NCBI GenBank assembly: GCA_027001995.1
Contig: JALTLO010000115.1
Location: forward strand, 1 to 33,018
Reading direction: 5' to 3'
From: Planctomycetota bacterium
Lineage (GTDB): Bacteria > Planctomycetota > GCA-002687715 > DRQF01
Length of the DNA: 33,018 nucleotides
Shown here: positions 8,682-17,875 of the stretch, one piece after another
Position numbering within the stretch: the first letter of the stretch is position 1
Layout: each line of letters begins with the position of its first letter
Notes under the pieces: model-generated
Told to the model about the DNA's origin: nothing
Seen by the model: only the letters and a program-made list of their open reading frames with translations
Database searches by the model: none
Position numbers and translations under genes: made by a program

Positions 8682-9635
8682 TTATTCACTGGGATTCTCC
8701 GCTGGACCGAACTCATCCATTGGAAGCATCATCTTCAAGCAAAACACAGACCCACCGGATTTCTTAAATTCTGAGGTGTCGACCACATAGGTTCGAAACC
8801 CGGCGTTCTCCAACAAATTCACGGTTCCTGGGCAACTTTGATCCAAAATCACCCCTTTACCAGGCAAGCAAAGAGCGTTGCAGGCGAATCCTCTTTGGGC
8901 TTCCTCAACGGGAGGAATCAAGAACTTAGGAAAGATGCGTTCAAGCAGAGAAAGGGCATCTGCAGAGAATGCCGGGGGATGGATCAGAACGCGCTCATCG
9001 TCCAAGGGGACCAAAGCCGTGTCCAAGTGATAGAACTTGGGATCCATCAACTCCAAAGCCAGAACTGGCATCGACAAAGCCTGGGGCAAGGCCTCCACCA
9101 CCACACGAGAGGTTCGAGGCCCCACGCCAGCGAACAAAAGCCGACGACTCGGATGCCAAAGCAGGTCTCCCATGCCTTCAAATGACGCGCCCTGAGGAAC
9201 GGGGAAGTCAACGACCTCAAACCCATGGTCCACATACCAAGCTCGATAGAATTCGACCTCGGCTCGCCTTTCTGGGGCTCTCATGACAGATTGTAGGACG
9301 CAAAGTTCACCCGTTTTCCTGCGAAAAGGGAAACTCTGGTTGGCGGCAAACACCATGTCTGGCAATCCTGGCTCCCCTTCAATGACTTCCACATGCAGGC
9401 CCAAATCGCTGAGAAGTCCAGCCAGAGAATCCCACTGTTTTTGGGCCAGAACTCTGTCCACAACATTCAAGCGCCCCTGATCGTCCACCATATGGGGATT
9501 GATAGCGCTTGAGACGTCGAAGTATTTTGGTGTGCACAGCAAGACCGTGGCCTCAGATTCCCTCACAGGGAGCTGGGACAAGGGATAACCTGAAGGGATT
9601 TCCACACCCCGGGAATAAAGGATTTCTTCGAGCAT
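8682..9635 (-). CDS. Amidinotransferase/DDAH-superfamily enzyme resembling the ArgZ/AgrE arginine dihydrolase domain
   Basis: CTPKYFDV..INPHM, GLPDMVFAAN, FEGMGD, FYHLDT, FACNA and SEFKKSGGSVFC (catalytic Cys). Real start is ATG 9635 with an AAGGA SD; the longer ORF call overlaps argS. Confidence 0.85.
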   Translation of the reverse strand: MLEEILYSRGVEIPSGYPLSQLPVRESEATVLLCTPKYFDVSSAINPHMVDDQGRLNVVDRVLAQKQWDSLAGLLSDLGLHVEVIEGEPGLPDMVFAANQSFPFRRKTGELCVLQSVMRAPERRAEVEFYRAWYVDHGFEVVDFPVPQGASFEGMGDLLWHPSRRLLFAGVGPRTSRVVVEALPQALSMPVLALELMDPKFYHLDTALVPLDDERVLIHPPAFSADALSLLERIFPKFLIPPVEEAQRGFACNALCLPGKGVILDQSCPGTVNLLENAGFRTYVVDTSEFKKSGGSVFCLKMMLPMDEFGPAENPSE

Positions 9636-9708
9636 GATTTCCTTATACCGAACTCGGCCAAGAGCACACTTTTGAGCCTCAACCTGTGAAGGTAGAATCA
9701 AACAGAAA

Positions 9709-11496
9709 GTGGGAAAAAGCATGCTGTTAAAAAAAGTAGAAGAACTTGGGCTCCAGGCAGTGAGTGATGCTTTCGGTGTAGATGCCGACCGTATCTCTAT
9801 CGATTTTCCGGACAAATTCGGCGATTTGGCCCTGAATTGCTTCCACTTGGCCAAGACACTTCGCTTAGCTCCCCCCAAGATCGCTGAGGCAGTTGCCGAG
9901 AAACTCAGGAAATCCGACATCATTGCCGACGCCCAGGCGACCTCCGGATACGTCAACCTCACCTTAGCAGAAGAGGCCCTCTTTTCTGGAGCCCTGAACC
10001 CATGCTTGGGCAACCCAGAGGCGTTTGGTGGCAAACCCACAGCTGAAGATGCTCCCAGTGTCATGGTCGAATTCTCTTCGCCGAACACCAACAAACCCCA
10101 GCATTTGGGCCATGTGCGGAACAACTGCTTAGGCGATAGCATCGCCAGAATTCTCACTGCCGGCGGCAACAAGGTTGTCAGAGCCAATTTGGTCAACGAT
10201 CGCGGCATTCACATTTGCAAGTCTATGCTCGCCTACGAACGAGAAGGCAATGGCACGACCCCGAAGTCGGAAGGCGAAAAAGGCGACCATTTCGTCGGCC
10301 GTTACTACGTTCTCTTTGAGTCCCGTTTTCAAGAAGAGCTGGCCGCTTATCGCGAATCCGAAGATGCCAATATCAGCAAAGACCAATTCTTCAAGATCAG
10401 TGACTGGGGTATGGCTGCCACCAAGATGCTTCAACAATGGGAAGCGGGCGACAAAAAAGTGGTCAAGCTCTGGCGGGAGATGAACTCTTGGGTTATGGCA
10501 GGGTTCAAACAAACTTACGCCGATTTAGGGATCGAGTTTGACCAATACTACTTCGAAAGCGACACCTATTCAGAAGGCAAGAAAATCGTCGAGGATGGCC
10601 TAAGGAGGGGAGTTTTCTATCGTCGCGAAGATGAGGCCATCGAAATCGATCTTTCCGCCGAAAAACTTGATAAGAAAGTCGTCTTGCGCTCGGATGGCAC
10701 TTCCGTCTACATCACTCAAGACATCGGGACCACAGTTCGAAAAGCTGAAGAACTCAAAGTCGATCGCCAGGTGTTTGTGGTCGGTGACGAACAGATCTAC
10801 CACTTCAAAGTTTTGTTCAGCATCTTAGAGAAACTGGGCTACGATTGGGCCAAATCCCTCTATCACTTGGCCTACGGTATGGTGAACCTTCCAGAAGGAA
10901 AAATGAAGTCAAGGGAAGGAAAAGTTGTCGACGCCGATGACTTGATGGAAGAGGTCGCCCAGTTGGCTGCGGCGCAGATCGCCGAACGTGGTGGCCAGTC
11001 CGACACGGACGCTTCCGAGCGCGCTCGAAAGATTGGCATGGCGGCCCTCAAATTCATGATCCTTTCAGTGGCGCCGAAAACAACGATGACCTATGACCCC
11101 AAGGCTTCCGTCCAATTCGACGGGGATACTGGTCCCTATGTCCTCTATGCTTTCGCCAGAATTCGGCGCATGATTGAAGATTCCAAGATGAATGAGAAGG
11201 ATGTGACGTTTGAATCTTCTTCTCTGCTCGATCCCTCCGAGCGCAAGCTCGCACTCAAATTGCTGCAATTCCCCGGTGTCGTGGAAAGAGCGGCCAAAGA
11301 CTACAATCCAAGCTTGATCGCGACCTTCTTATTGCAATTAGCTCATGCCTACCACTCCCACAACCGAGCTGTGAAAATCTTGAAGGCCGAAACGGAGACG
11401 CTTCGTCAAGCACGTTTAGCTCTCTCGCTTGCCACTGCCCATACTCTCAAACGTGGCTTAGGACTCTTGGGAATCGATACAGTGGATCGCATGTAG
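9709..11496 (+). CDS. argS: Arginine--tRNA ligase
   Basis: EFSSPNTNKPQHLGHVRN (HIGH-type), KMKSREG (KMSK-type), FDGDTGPYVLYAFARI and C-terminal DRM. Start is GTG 9709 or ATG 9721. Confidence 0.97.
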   Translation: MGKSMLLKKVEELGLQAVSDAFGVDADRISIDFPDKFGDLALNCFHLAKTLRLAPPKIAEAVAEKLRKSDIIADAQATSGYVNLTLAEEALFSGALNPCLGNPEAFGGKPTAEDAPSVMVEFSSPNTNKPQHLGHVRNNCLGDSIARILTAGGNKVVRANLVNDRGIHICKSMLAYEREGNGTTPKSEGEKGDHFVGRYYVLFESRFQEELAAYRESEDANISKDQFFKISDWGMAATKMLQQWEAGDKKVVKLWREMNSWVMAGFKQTYADLGIEFDQYYFESDTYSEGKKIVEDGLRRGVFYRREDEAIEIDLSAEKLDKKVVLRSDGTSVYITQDIGTTVRKAEELKVDRQVFVVGDEQIYHFKVLFSILEKLGYDWAKSLYHLAYGMVNLPEGKMKSREGKVVDADDLMEEVAQLAAAQIAERGGQSDTDASERARKIGMAALKFMILSVAPKTTMTYDPKASVQFDGDTGPYVLYAFARIRRMIEDSKMNEKDVTFESSSLLDPSERKLALKLLQFPGVVERAAKDYNPSLIATFLLQLAHAYHSHNRAVKILKAETETLRQARLALSLATAHTLKRGLGLLGIDTVDRM

Positions 11497-11824
11497 CATT
11501 TCGGGTCTTCAGCACCCAGTTTCCTCATGCCATGCAATTGACGGGTCATTATTCAGATAAAAAAGAATCTGAGCAAATTCTTGTCAATAATTGACTTAGG
11601 GATGGTCAATTATGTCCTATGTGAAAACGCGGTTCCAATTGTCCTATTCGTTGCGGACATTGGGCCTGCCGTTTTGTAAGACAGAACATAGATTCAATAG
11701 TCTGAGCTGGATGTTAGAGTTGTGCTACTGAGGTGCAGGACAGATCTCAGTCAATTTGCCAGTCCATCCACAACCAGATAACGACCGCATCATGAGCGCC
11801 GGGCCGAATTGTTTTCGGCCCACC

Positions 11825-11874
11825 CGCGAGACGATTTGAACTTCCAACAGGTTCCGGTCGTCTCGCGTTTTTTT
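11825..11874 (+). terminator. Intrinsic terminator-like hairpin with U-tract
   Basis: CGCGAGACGA (11825-11834) pairs with TCGTCTCGCG (11858-11867) and is followed by T7. A second perfect hairpin GGGCCGAA/TTCGGCCC lies at 11801-11821. Confidence 0.65.
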
Positions 11875-11902
11875 GCCTCCAAATGGCACATCATTGCCCC
11901 AC

Positions 11903-12580
11903 TCAGGCCACCTTCTGGGCCAGGATGGCAAGGCTGCCGATGTTCTCACGAAAGTCTTGTATAGCTTTCCGCTCTTCTTGCGGTGCATCGGAGTCCACGG
12001 GACGAGGATCCAAACACCGCATTGTTTCCAAGATCTTAAAACCAGCCTTCTCCAAAGCAGCGCACCAATCCGCTTCGCTCATGAGAGCCATGGGGACATG
12101 CATTTTCTCTGGCCAATTATGACAGTGAGGATTCTCTGTGAAGAAGTCTGTGCAAAATGTGAGAGTGCCGTCAACTTTGATAACCCGGGCGATGTCAGCC
12201 AAAGCAACGGCTATGTCAGGGGCGTAGTAGAGCGCCTCCATGCTAAAGGCATGATCAACATGGTCGTCAGGAAAAGGAAGATGTTCGAATGCACCTTCGA
12301 CAAATTCGATGCCCTTGGTTTCACCGACAGACCTGGCCGCGAGCTCAATCATCTTGGGTGCGATGTCTACACCTATGGCCTTGCCATCTTCACCAACACA
12401 TTGGCGCATCCAACGGGTAGCCCAACCGTTGCCGCAGCCAAGATCCAAAACACAATCACCAGGCATAATGGGGATATTCTCAAGGGCTTGTTCAGCCCGA
12501 GGAAAATGGCCTTCTTCCATACCCTCGCCTCGGCCCTTCTTGGCCCAATCATCAAAGAGATCACGTGTAGGATTTTTCAT
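11903..12580 (-). CDS. Class I SAM-dependent methyltransferase
   Basis: VLDLGCGNG, GVDIAPKMI, LPFPDDHVDHAFSMEALYY. Confidence 0.9.
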   Translation of the reverse strand: MKNPTRDLFDDWAKKGRGEGMEEGHFPRAEQALENIPIMPGDCVLDLGCGNGWATRWMRQCVGEDGKAIGVDIAPKMIELAARSVGETKGIEFVEGAFEHLPFPDDHVDHAFSMEALYYAPDIAVALADIARVIKVDGTLTFCTDFFTENPHCHNWPEKMHVPMALMSEADWCAALEKAGFKILETMRCLDPRPVDSDAPQEERKAIQDFRENIGSLAILAQKVA

Positions 12581-12677
12581 TCTTTGTCCTTCAAGGAAGA
12601 CTCATTTTCTCGAATCAGTCGCCAGCATAGATTCACCGTGGTGGTTTGCGCTACTCTAGACAAGGCTGACTGAAGCA

Positions 12678-15600
12678 TCAGTTGCGCTTCGGTCCCATCG
12701 GCACTTGAGGCCGTGGATTCTGCACTCCCGCTTTCAATTGGGCCATCAAATAGGCAACACCCGCTTCTAAGATCGGATTCTTGCCAGCGATCAATTCCCC
12801 AGGATTATCAAACACCTGTTGGTCTGGCGCAACACCTTCTCCTTCGACAGACCATTTACCCTCCGTATCCACAAAAGCAAAGGAAGGCACACGAATGCGT
12901 CCCCCATCCACAAGCCCAGGTTCAAACGAGATTCCCACCAAACCACCCCATGTTTTGGCCCCGATGAGGATCCCGCCCTCGAGTTTACGATAATAATAAG
13001 GGAAGGCGTCTCCCCCGGAGGAGGAATAACCATTGATGAGCATAACCGTCGGCCCATTGAATGCCCGTGTCGGAGTGGGATAGAGCTCAGCATTGCGAGT
13101 TGACCAGTAATTCAATGGTTTCGCAACCAAGTCCTGGGCCATACGATCTGGAATGAACCCACCACCGTTGTAGCGATCATCAATGATGAATGCGTCTTTG
13201 CTCCGCGCCAAAGCAAACATGCCCTCGTAGAAGCGACGATGTCCTTCCACGGCCGTGTTGGGCACGTGGATATAGCCGATCCGTCCGCCAGACATCTCGT
13301 CCACCAAGCGGGTATTGTTGGCAACCCAATCTAAGTAGCGTAGGCGCACTTCATTCTTAATCGGGCGAACATATTCATCATGAGCTCCTTCTCCCGAAGC
13401 CGTCTTGGCCAATGTAATCTTCGTGCGTTGTCCCACCTTTCCGTCTAAGTAGCGATAAAGATTATCAGAAGCAGTCACCTGGGCATCATCAATCGCTAAG
13501 AGGTACTCTCCCACGGATGCTTTCACCCCCAACTCAGAAATGGGGTTGCGCCCGGCAGAAGTCCAATTCTCCGAAGCGAAAATCTTGGTGATTCGATAAC
13601 GCCCACCCTCAACTTCAAATTCACAACCCAGGCATCCGGCTTGGGAACGTTCTACCGCTGGCAACTCTCCACTTTGAACGTAGGCATGCCCGACGTTCAA
13701 TTCGCCCACAAGTTCTCCAAGAAGGTAGTCGAGGTCACTTCTGTGAGACAAATGAGGCAAGAGCGGTTCGTATTTCTTCCGCATGGCCAACCAATCAACG
13801 CCGTGCATTTGAGGATCGTAGAACCAATCTCTGGTGATACGCCAAGCATCCAAGAACATCTGCTGCCATTCTTGCACCGGATTCACTTTGACCCGAAGGC
13901 CTGCCAGGGAGAGGGAGTTCTTGCCCACCTTGCGACCGGGAACGACACTGTCGACGGACAGGTTTCCACCATAGCGATAGGCCAACTTCTTACCGTCAGC
14001 ACTCAGGGCATAACCCCGAACACCCTTTAAAATAATCTCCGGTTTCTGAGACTTGTAATGGAAGCGTTTGAGGCCATCTCCATCAGAATAGAGCAACCCG
14101 TCCTTGAGGGCTGTAAGACCGAAGAATCGCCCGGCTGACATGGGGAGTACCACAATGCGTTGGGCGATTCCTGAAAAATCGATCCTCATGACCTCCTTGT
14201 CATTTGCCTTCTGGGAATCTTCACTCTCGGATTCCTCAACGGCCGCCATTCCAGGAATTGCCTCCTCATCGGCAGAGTAAGGCAATGGAGACACCCCGTC
14301 TTGCTGTAAAACTAAGGCATAAATACGACTATCAAAATTGCGATCGCTGTAGTCGAAATCACGAGAAGAAACAAAATAGAGGTACTGACCATCGGGCCCA
14401 AATGCTGGCGATGAATCCGAAAATTTCGTACTTGTAACACGCTGAGGGTGACTGTCCGTCAAGTTGACGACCCAAACAGAGCTCAGGCCATTGCGGTCAT
14501 TCTTCACATAGGTCAAATGACTTGAATCGTGAGACCAGGCCACTTGGCGAATACCTCGTTCTTGTCCGACGTCCAGGGTTTTCACCTTCCCAGAAGAGAG
14601 TTCGATCATACGCAGAGTCGCTGACTTGTCTGTGTATGCGATCAATCGGCCGTCAGGAGAGAACACATAGTCAAGAATCCACGCCGGACTTCTCTTTGTG
14701 AGCTGGCGCTCCTCCTTCTTGGCACGGTCGTAAAGAAAGAGTTCATAGTTATCGCCAGCTTCTGCCACATAGGCCAGATAAGCCCCATCTGGAGACCAGC
14801 TGGGATCCCGCTCGCGACGGTTCTTCGCCAACCGGAGCGGACGGACTTCACCTTTTTTTGCCGGTGCAGTAAAAAGGTCTCCTCGAAACTCAACAACCAC
14901 GCTTTTGCCCTTCGGCGAAAGATCAAAGCCGCCAAAACGTTTAGCGCCATTTTTCCAAATAGATCGTGTCCAGGGTTTGTCGTCGGCGAGGACGATTGGC
15001 AACTGCTTCACTGACTCTGTGGTCGCGTCCATCAAATGAAGATATCCGCCGTGCTCAAAAATGACTCCTCCCTGTCCCCGAGAAGGAAACAAAACATCAA
15101 AATCTTCATATTGAGTCACCGGATATTCATCCCCAGTTTCCAAGGCGTGGCACCAAAGATTGAGAGTCCCGCTACGATCACTCGTGAAATAGATCTTTTT
15201 GCCCACCCAAAGCGGATGGCTGTCTGTCCCGACATAACTCGTCCGGCGTAGGGCCTTATTGGTGCTCAAATCGAAAGTCCACACATCTTGGGAGCGCCCG
15301 GCCTTGTAGCGTTTCCATGTGCGCCACTCGCGACTGATGATGTTGTAAGCCAAATGTTTGCCATCTGGCGCAAACGAAACCGATCCCCCTTCTGGAATCG
15401 CCAAAGGTTGGGGCAGACCCGACCCGTTGATGTCGACCAAGAAGTAGCGCCCAACTCGCTGGCCATAAGGAGTTCGATTCGATCGAATCAGGATCTGAGT
15501 ACTGTCCCTATTCCAATCGTAAGGCAGGTTATCGAAACCGCCACGAGGAGGCATCGGGCCCACGTCCGGATAGAAGGTCAACTGCTTCGGAACACCTCCC

Positions 15601-15890
15601 TGCCAAGGAACCAGATAGATTTGACGACTTCCATTGTACTCGCCAGAAAAAGCCACCCACTTACCGTCAGGAGAAATCCGAGGCATCACCTCAAAGCCTT
15701 CATCATAGCTCGTGAGTCTTCTGGCCAAGGGGTTTTCCAAGGTGCAAACCCAGATGTCGCCCCCGTGGACAAAGGCGATCTTGTTGCCTTGAACATGAGG
15801 GAATCGCAACAGCCGTGCCAGCTGTTGACTTTGGCAAGCTGGAGTCACCAAGACGCATGCAACAATGAAACGCAAAAAATTCTTCATCAA
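12678..15890 (-). CDS. Tricorn-type S41 serine protease (PD40 propellers, PDZ-like domain, catalytic domain), exported
   Basis: Repeated SPDG motifs, WRTWKRYKAG, GELNVGHAY, RIGYIHVPN, DDRYNGGG, catalytic YSSSGGDAF, KTWGGLVG. N-terminal signal peptide. Confidence 0.95.
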   Translation of the reverse strand: MMKNFLRFIVACVLVTPACQSQQLARLLRFPHVQGNKIAFVHGGDIWVCTLENPLARRLTSYDEGFEVMPRISPDGKWVAFSGEYNGSRQIYLVPWQGGVPKQLTFYPDVGPMPPRGGFDNLPYDWNRDSTQILIRSNRTPYGQRVGRYFLVDINGSGLPQPLAIPEGGSVSFAPDGKHLAYNIISREWRTWKRYKAGRSQDVWTFDLSTNKALRRTSYVGTDSHPLWVGKKIYFTSDRSGTLNLWCHALETGDEYPVTQYEDFDVLFPSRGQGGVIFEHGGYLHLMDATTESVKQLPIVLADDKPWTRSIWKNGAKRFGGFDLSPKGKSVVVEFRGDLFTAPAKKGEVRPLRLAKNRRERDPSWSPDGAYLAYVAEAGDNYELFLYDRAKKEERQLTKRSPAWILDYVFSPDGRLIAYTDKSATLRMIELSSGKVKTLDVGQERGIRQVAWSHDSSHLTYVKNDRNGLSSVWVVNLTDSHPQRVTSTKFSDSSPAFGPDGQYLYFVSSRDFDYSDRNFDSRIYALVLQQDGVSPLPYSADEEAIPGMAAVEESESEDSQKANDKEVMRIDFSGIAQRIVVLPMSAGRFFGLTALKDGLLYSDGDGLKRFHYKSQKPEIILKGVRGYALSADGKKLAYRYGGNLSVDSVVPGRKVGKNSLSLAGLRVKVNPVQEWQQMFLDAWRITRDWFYDPQMHGVDWLAMRKKYEPLLPHLSHRSDLDYLLGELVGELNVGHAYVQSGELPAVERSQAGCLGCEFEVEGGRYRITKIFASENWTSAGRNPISELGVKASVGEYLLAIDDAQVTASDNLYRYLDGKVGQRTKITLAKTASGEGAHDEYVRPIKNEVRLRYLDWVANNTRLVDEMSGGRIGYIHVPNTAVEGHRRFYEGMFALARSKDAFIIDDRYNGGGFIPDRMAQDLVAKPLNYWSTRNAELYPTPTRAFNGPTVMLINGYSSSGGDAFPYYYRKLEGGILIGAKTWGGLVGISFEPGLVDGGRIRVPSFAFVDTEGKWSVEGEGVAPDQQVFDNPGELIAGKNPILEAGVAYLMAQLKAGVQNPRPQVPMGPKRN

Positions 15891-16043
15891 CTATCTCGCT
15901 GTGGACTTAACGTGGATGAAGATTAACCACTCCCCCCCATCCTGGCTATGGAAACAATTGCCAGGTGGCACAATTGGGAGCCTCAATGCATGGTGGGAAG
16001 TAAGGTCAGAACAACACTCTGCCAAGAGCGCGGGACGCCTTCC

Positions 16044-16823
16044 CTATGATTGGGGCCTGTCCCCATAGCCAAAATCTTGGTCAGCAATTTTCAACATGGC
16101 TTCACTATGATAGGCTCCCCGTGACCGACGAAAACGCAGGGTCAAGAGACTCTTGAGCATACCGAGTCCGTCCCGGACTGGGTGAACCGTCGAAGGGCCG
16201 TGGTGCCTAAGATGAACTGGCACTCTTCGAATAGCTAAGTTGTGGATCAGGGCGATGTAGAGCATTTCAACATCCCCGGCGAAATTATTCTCATGAATCA
16301 ATGGAAAAACTGCCTCTGCGACCTCACGGCTCATTGCTTTGATCCCGCATTGGGTGTCGGTCAAACCACCAGTCACCAAAAGACGAACAAAAGAAGTGAA
16401 GGCCCGGGTCGCCAAGTTGCGAACAAAGCTCAATTCTTGACGATAGACACTTCGGGGCAAAGTACGGTCACCGACAACGATGTGAAATCCTCCATTCACA
16501 ATCAGATCAACCATGGGAGGAATCACCAGCAGATCGTAAGGGATATCGGCATCCGTAAAGAGACAACAATCTCCCCTTGCCGCCAACATGCCTGCCTTAA
16601 GAGCGCCAAACTTACCGACGTTTTTTTCCAAGATGAAAACCCGCACCCGGTCCGTCTCTTGGGACTTCAACAGTTCTTCTGAGCCATCCTGGCTGCCGTC
16701 ATCAACCAAGATCACTTCAAAGTCGATTTTCTCTTGATCAAGAAACTCCAACAACAAGGGCAAGCGCTTAAGAAGTTCTTCCGTTCCCTGAAACACGGGA
16801 ATCACGACGCTCAGCATTGTCAT
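16044..16823 (-). CDS. GT2 glycosyltransferase, polyprenol-phosphate glucosyltransferase (DPG synthase)-like
   Basis: LSVVIPVF, VDDGSQD, NVGKFGALKAG, FTDADIPY, DTQCGIKA, FAGDVEML. Confidence 0.9.
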   Translation of the reverse strand: MTMLSVVIPVFQGTEELLKRLPLLLEFLDQEKIDFEVILVDDGSQDGSEELLKSQETDRVRVFILEKNVGKFGALKAGMLAARGDCCLFTDADIPYDLLVIPPMVDLIVNGGFHIVVGDRTLPRSVYRQELSFVRNLATRAFTSFVRLLVTGGLTDTQCGIKAMSREVAEAVFPLIHENNFAGDVEMLYIALIHNLAIRRVPVHLRHHGPSTVHPVRDGLGMLKSLLTLRFRRSRGAYHSEAMLKIADQDFGYGDRPQS

Positions 16824-17590
16824 TGTTCAGCTTTCGGAACTCGGGCGACCACAGCTAAGAGGTTTCCAAAGGGCAAATCAATGCGACGCTCACCCCGATC
16901 AATCAACTGAGCGAGCCCCACCCCCATTGGAGCCGCAAAAGGCGCGAAAGTGCAATAGCACCGAATTTTCTCCACCTCGAAACCAGCAGCTTCGACAAAC
17001 TTTCGCAACATACGACGATGTATGTGAGTCACATGCTGATCTGCATCCATCTTGGCCGTGGAGGCAAAACGGTCTGCGGCCCATTCAATGAGGGGCCATA
17101 ATCCTCGATAGTTCGGCGTGGTCAAAAGAAGACGTCCCCCAGGTCGCAAGAGCCTACGAAAATCGGACAGCAGTTTGTCAATCTGAGGAGGATAGACGTG
17201 TTCGATGACTTCTAAGCAAGTAGCCACATCAAAGCTGGCGTCTGGCAATTCAAGTTCGTCAAGATAGCCCGGCAAGAACCGAACATTCTGACGAGCGAAG
17301 GTAGCTTGTGCATATGCAATTGCCTGAGGATTGGCATCGATTGCCGTCACATTCAGCCCCATTTTACCAAGCCCATCAGCAATCACACCACTGCCACAGC
17401 CGACATCGAGAGCATCAAGGCCAGCATCCGGCACGAAGAACCACTCGAGAAGTTCAAGTTTGGATCTGTGCCAATATTTCTGGACCGGCGGCCCACTGGT
17501 CAAGGCACGATGCTGATAGTCACCTTCGATGGCGATAGCATCTCCCATACGGCGACCTGAAGTTGAAGAATCTGGGTTTCTGTCAGTCAC
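16820..17590 (-). CDS. Class I SAM-dependent methyltransferase (UbiG/Methyltransf_11-like)
   Basis: LDVGCGSG, FDVATCLEVIEHV, LRPGGRLLLTTPN. ATGA overlap with the downstream GT2. Confidence 0.9.
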   Translation of the reverse strand: MTDRNPDSSTSGRRMGDAIAIEGDYQHRALTSGPPVQKYWHRSKLELLEWFFVPDAGLDALDVGCGSGVIADGLGKMGLNVTAIDANPQAIAYAQATFARQNVRFLPGYLDELELPDASFDVATCLEVIEHVYPPQIDKLLSDFRRLLRPGGRLLLTTPNYRGLWPLIEWAADRFASTAKMDADQHVTHIHRRMLRKFVEAAGFEVEKIRCYCTFAPFAAPMGVGLAQLIDRGERRIDLPFGNLLAVVARVPKAEQ

Positions 17591-17875
17591 TTTCGCTCAA
17601 GTCCACATCAACCAGTTCATACCACCACCAAGACCTCAGTCAATGGTGAAACATGACAAAACGCGCCCCTCTTTCCGCAGCAGAAAACTGGCACTCATGT
17701 TCAGGTCCCCGGGGCTTATGATAGCACAAAACACCAACAGAAGCAGTCCACGAATTCGCCCGCCGCCATCGGCCAATTCGAAAACAAACTCGGCCTCAGA
17801 AATATCCGCGAGATTGTTGACCAAACCCGGAGGATTCACCTCGTCAAGATTCACACTTCACGGTAAGATCCTGCG

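Noticed and set aside
9636..10208. N-terminal 191-aa extension of the amidinotransferase ORF
   Set aside because: It overlaps argS on the opposite strand. The family motifs begin only after ATG 9635, which has a good SD.
11884..11897. TGGCAC...TTGC sigma-54-like matches here and at about 6063-6075
   Set aside because: GG-to-GC spacing is 9 and 8 nt rather than the required 10.
11873..12673. 266-aa plus-strand ORF
   Set aside because: Antisense to a clear methyltransferase and has no recognisable motifs.
12678..15890. Tricorn protease as a novel system or defence gene
   Set aside because: Intact, canonical architecture of a widespread family, with no unusual partners.
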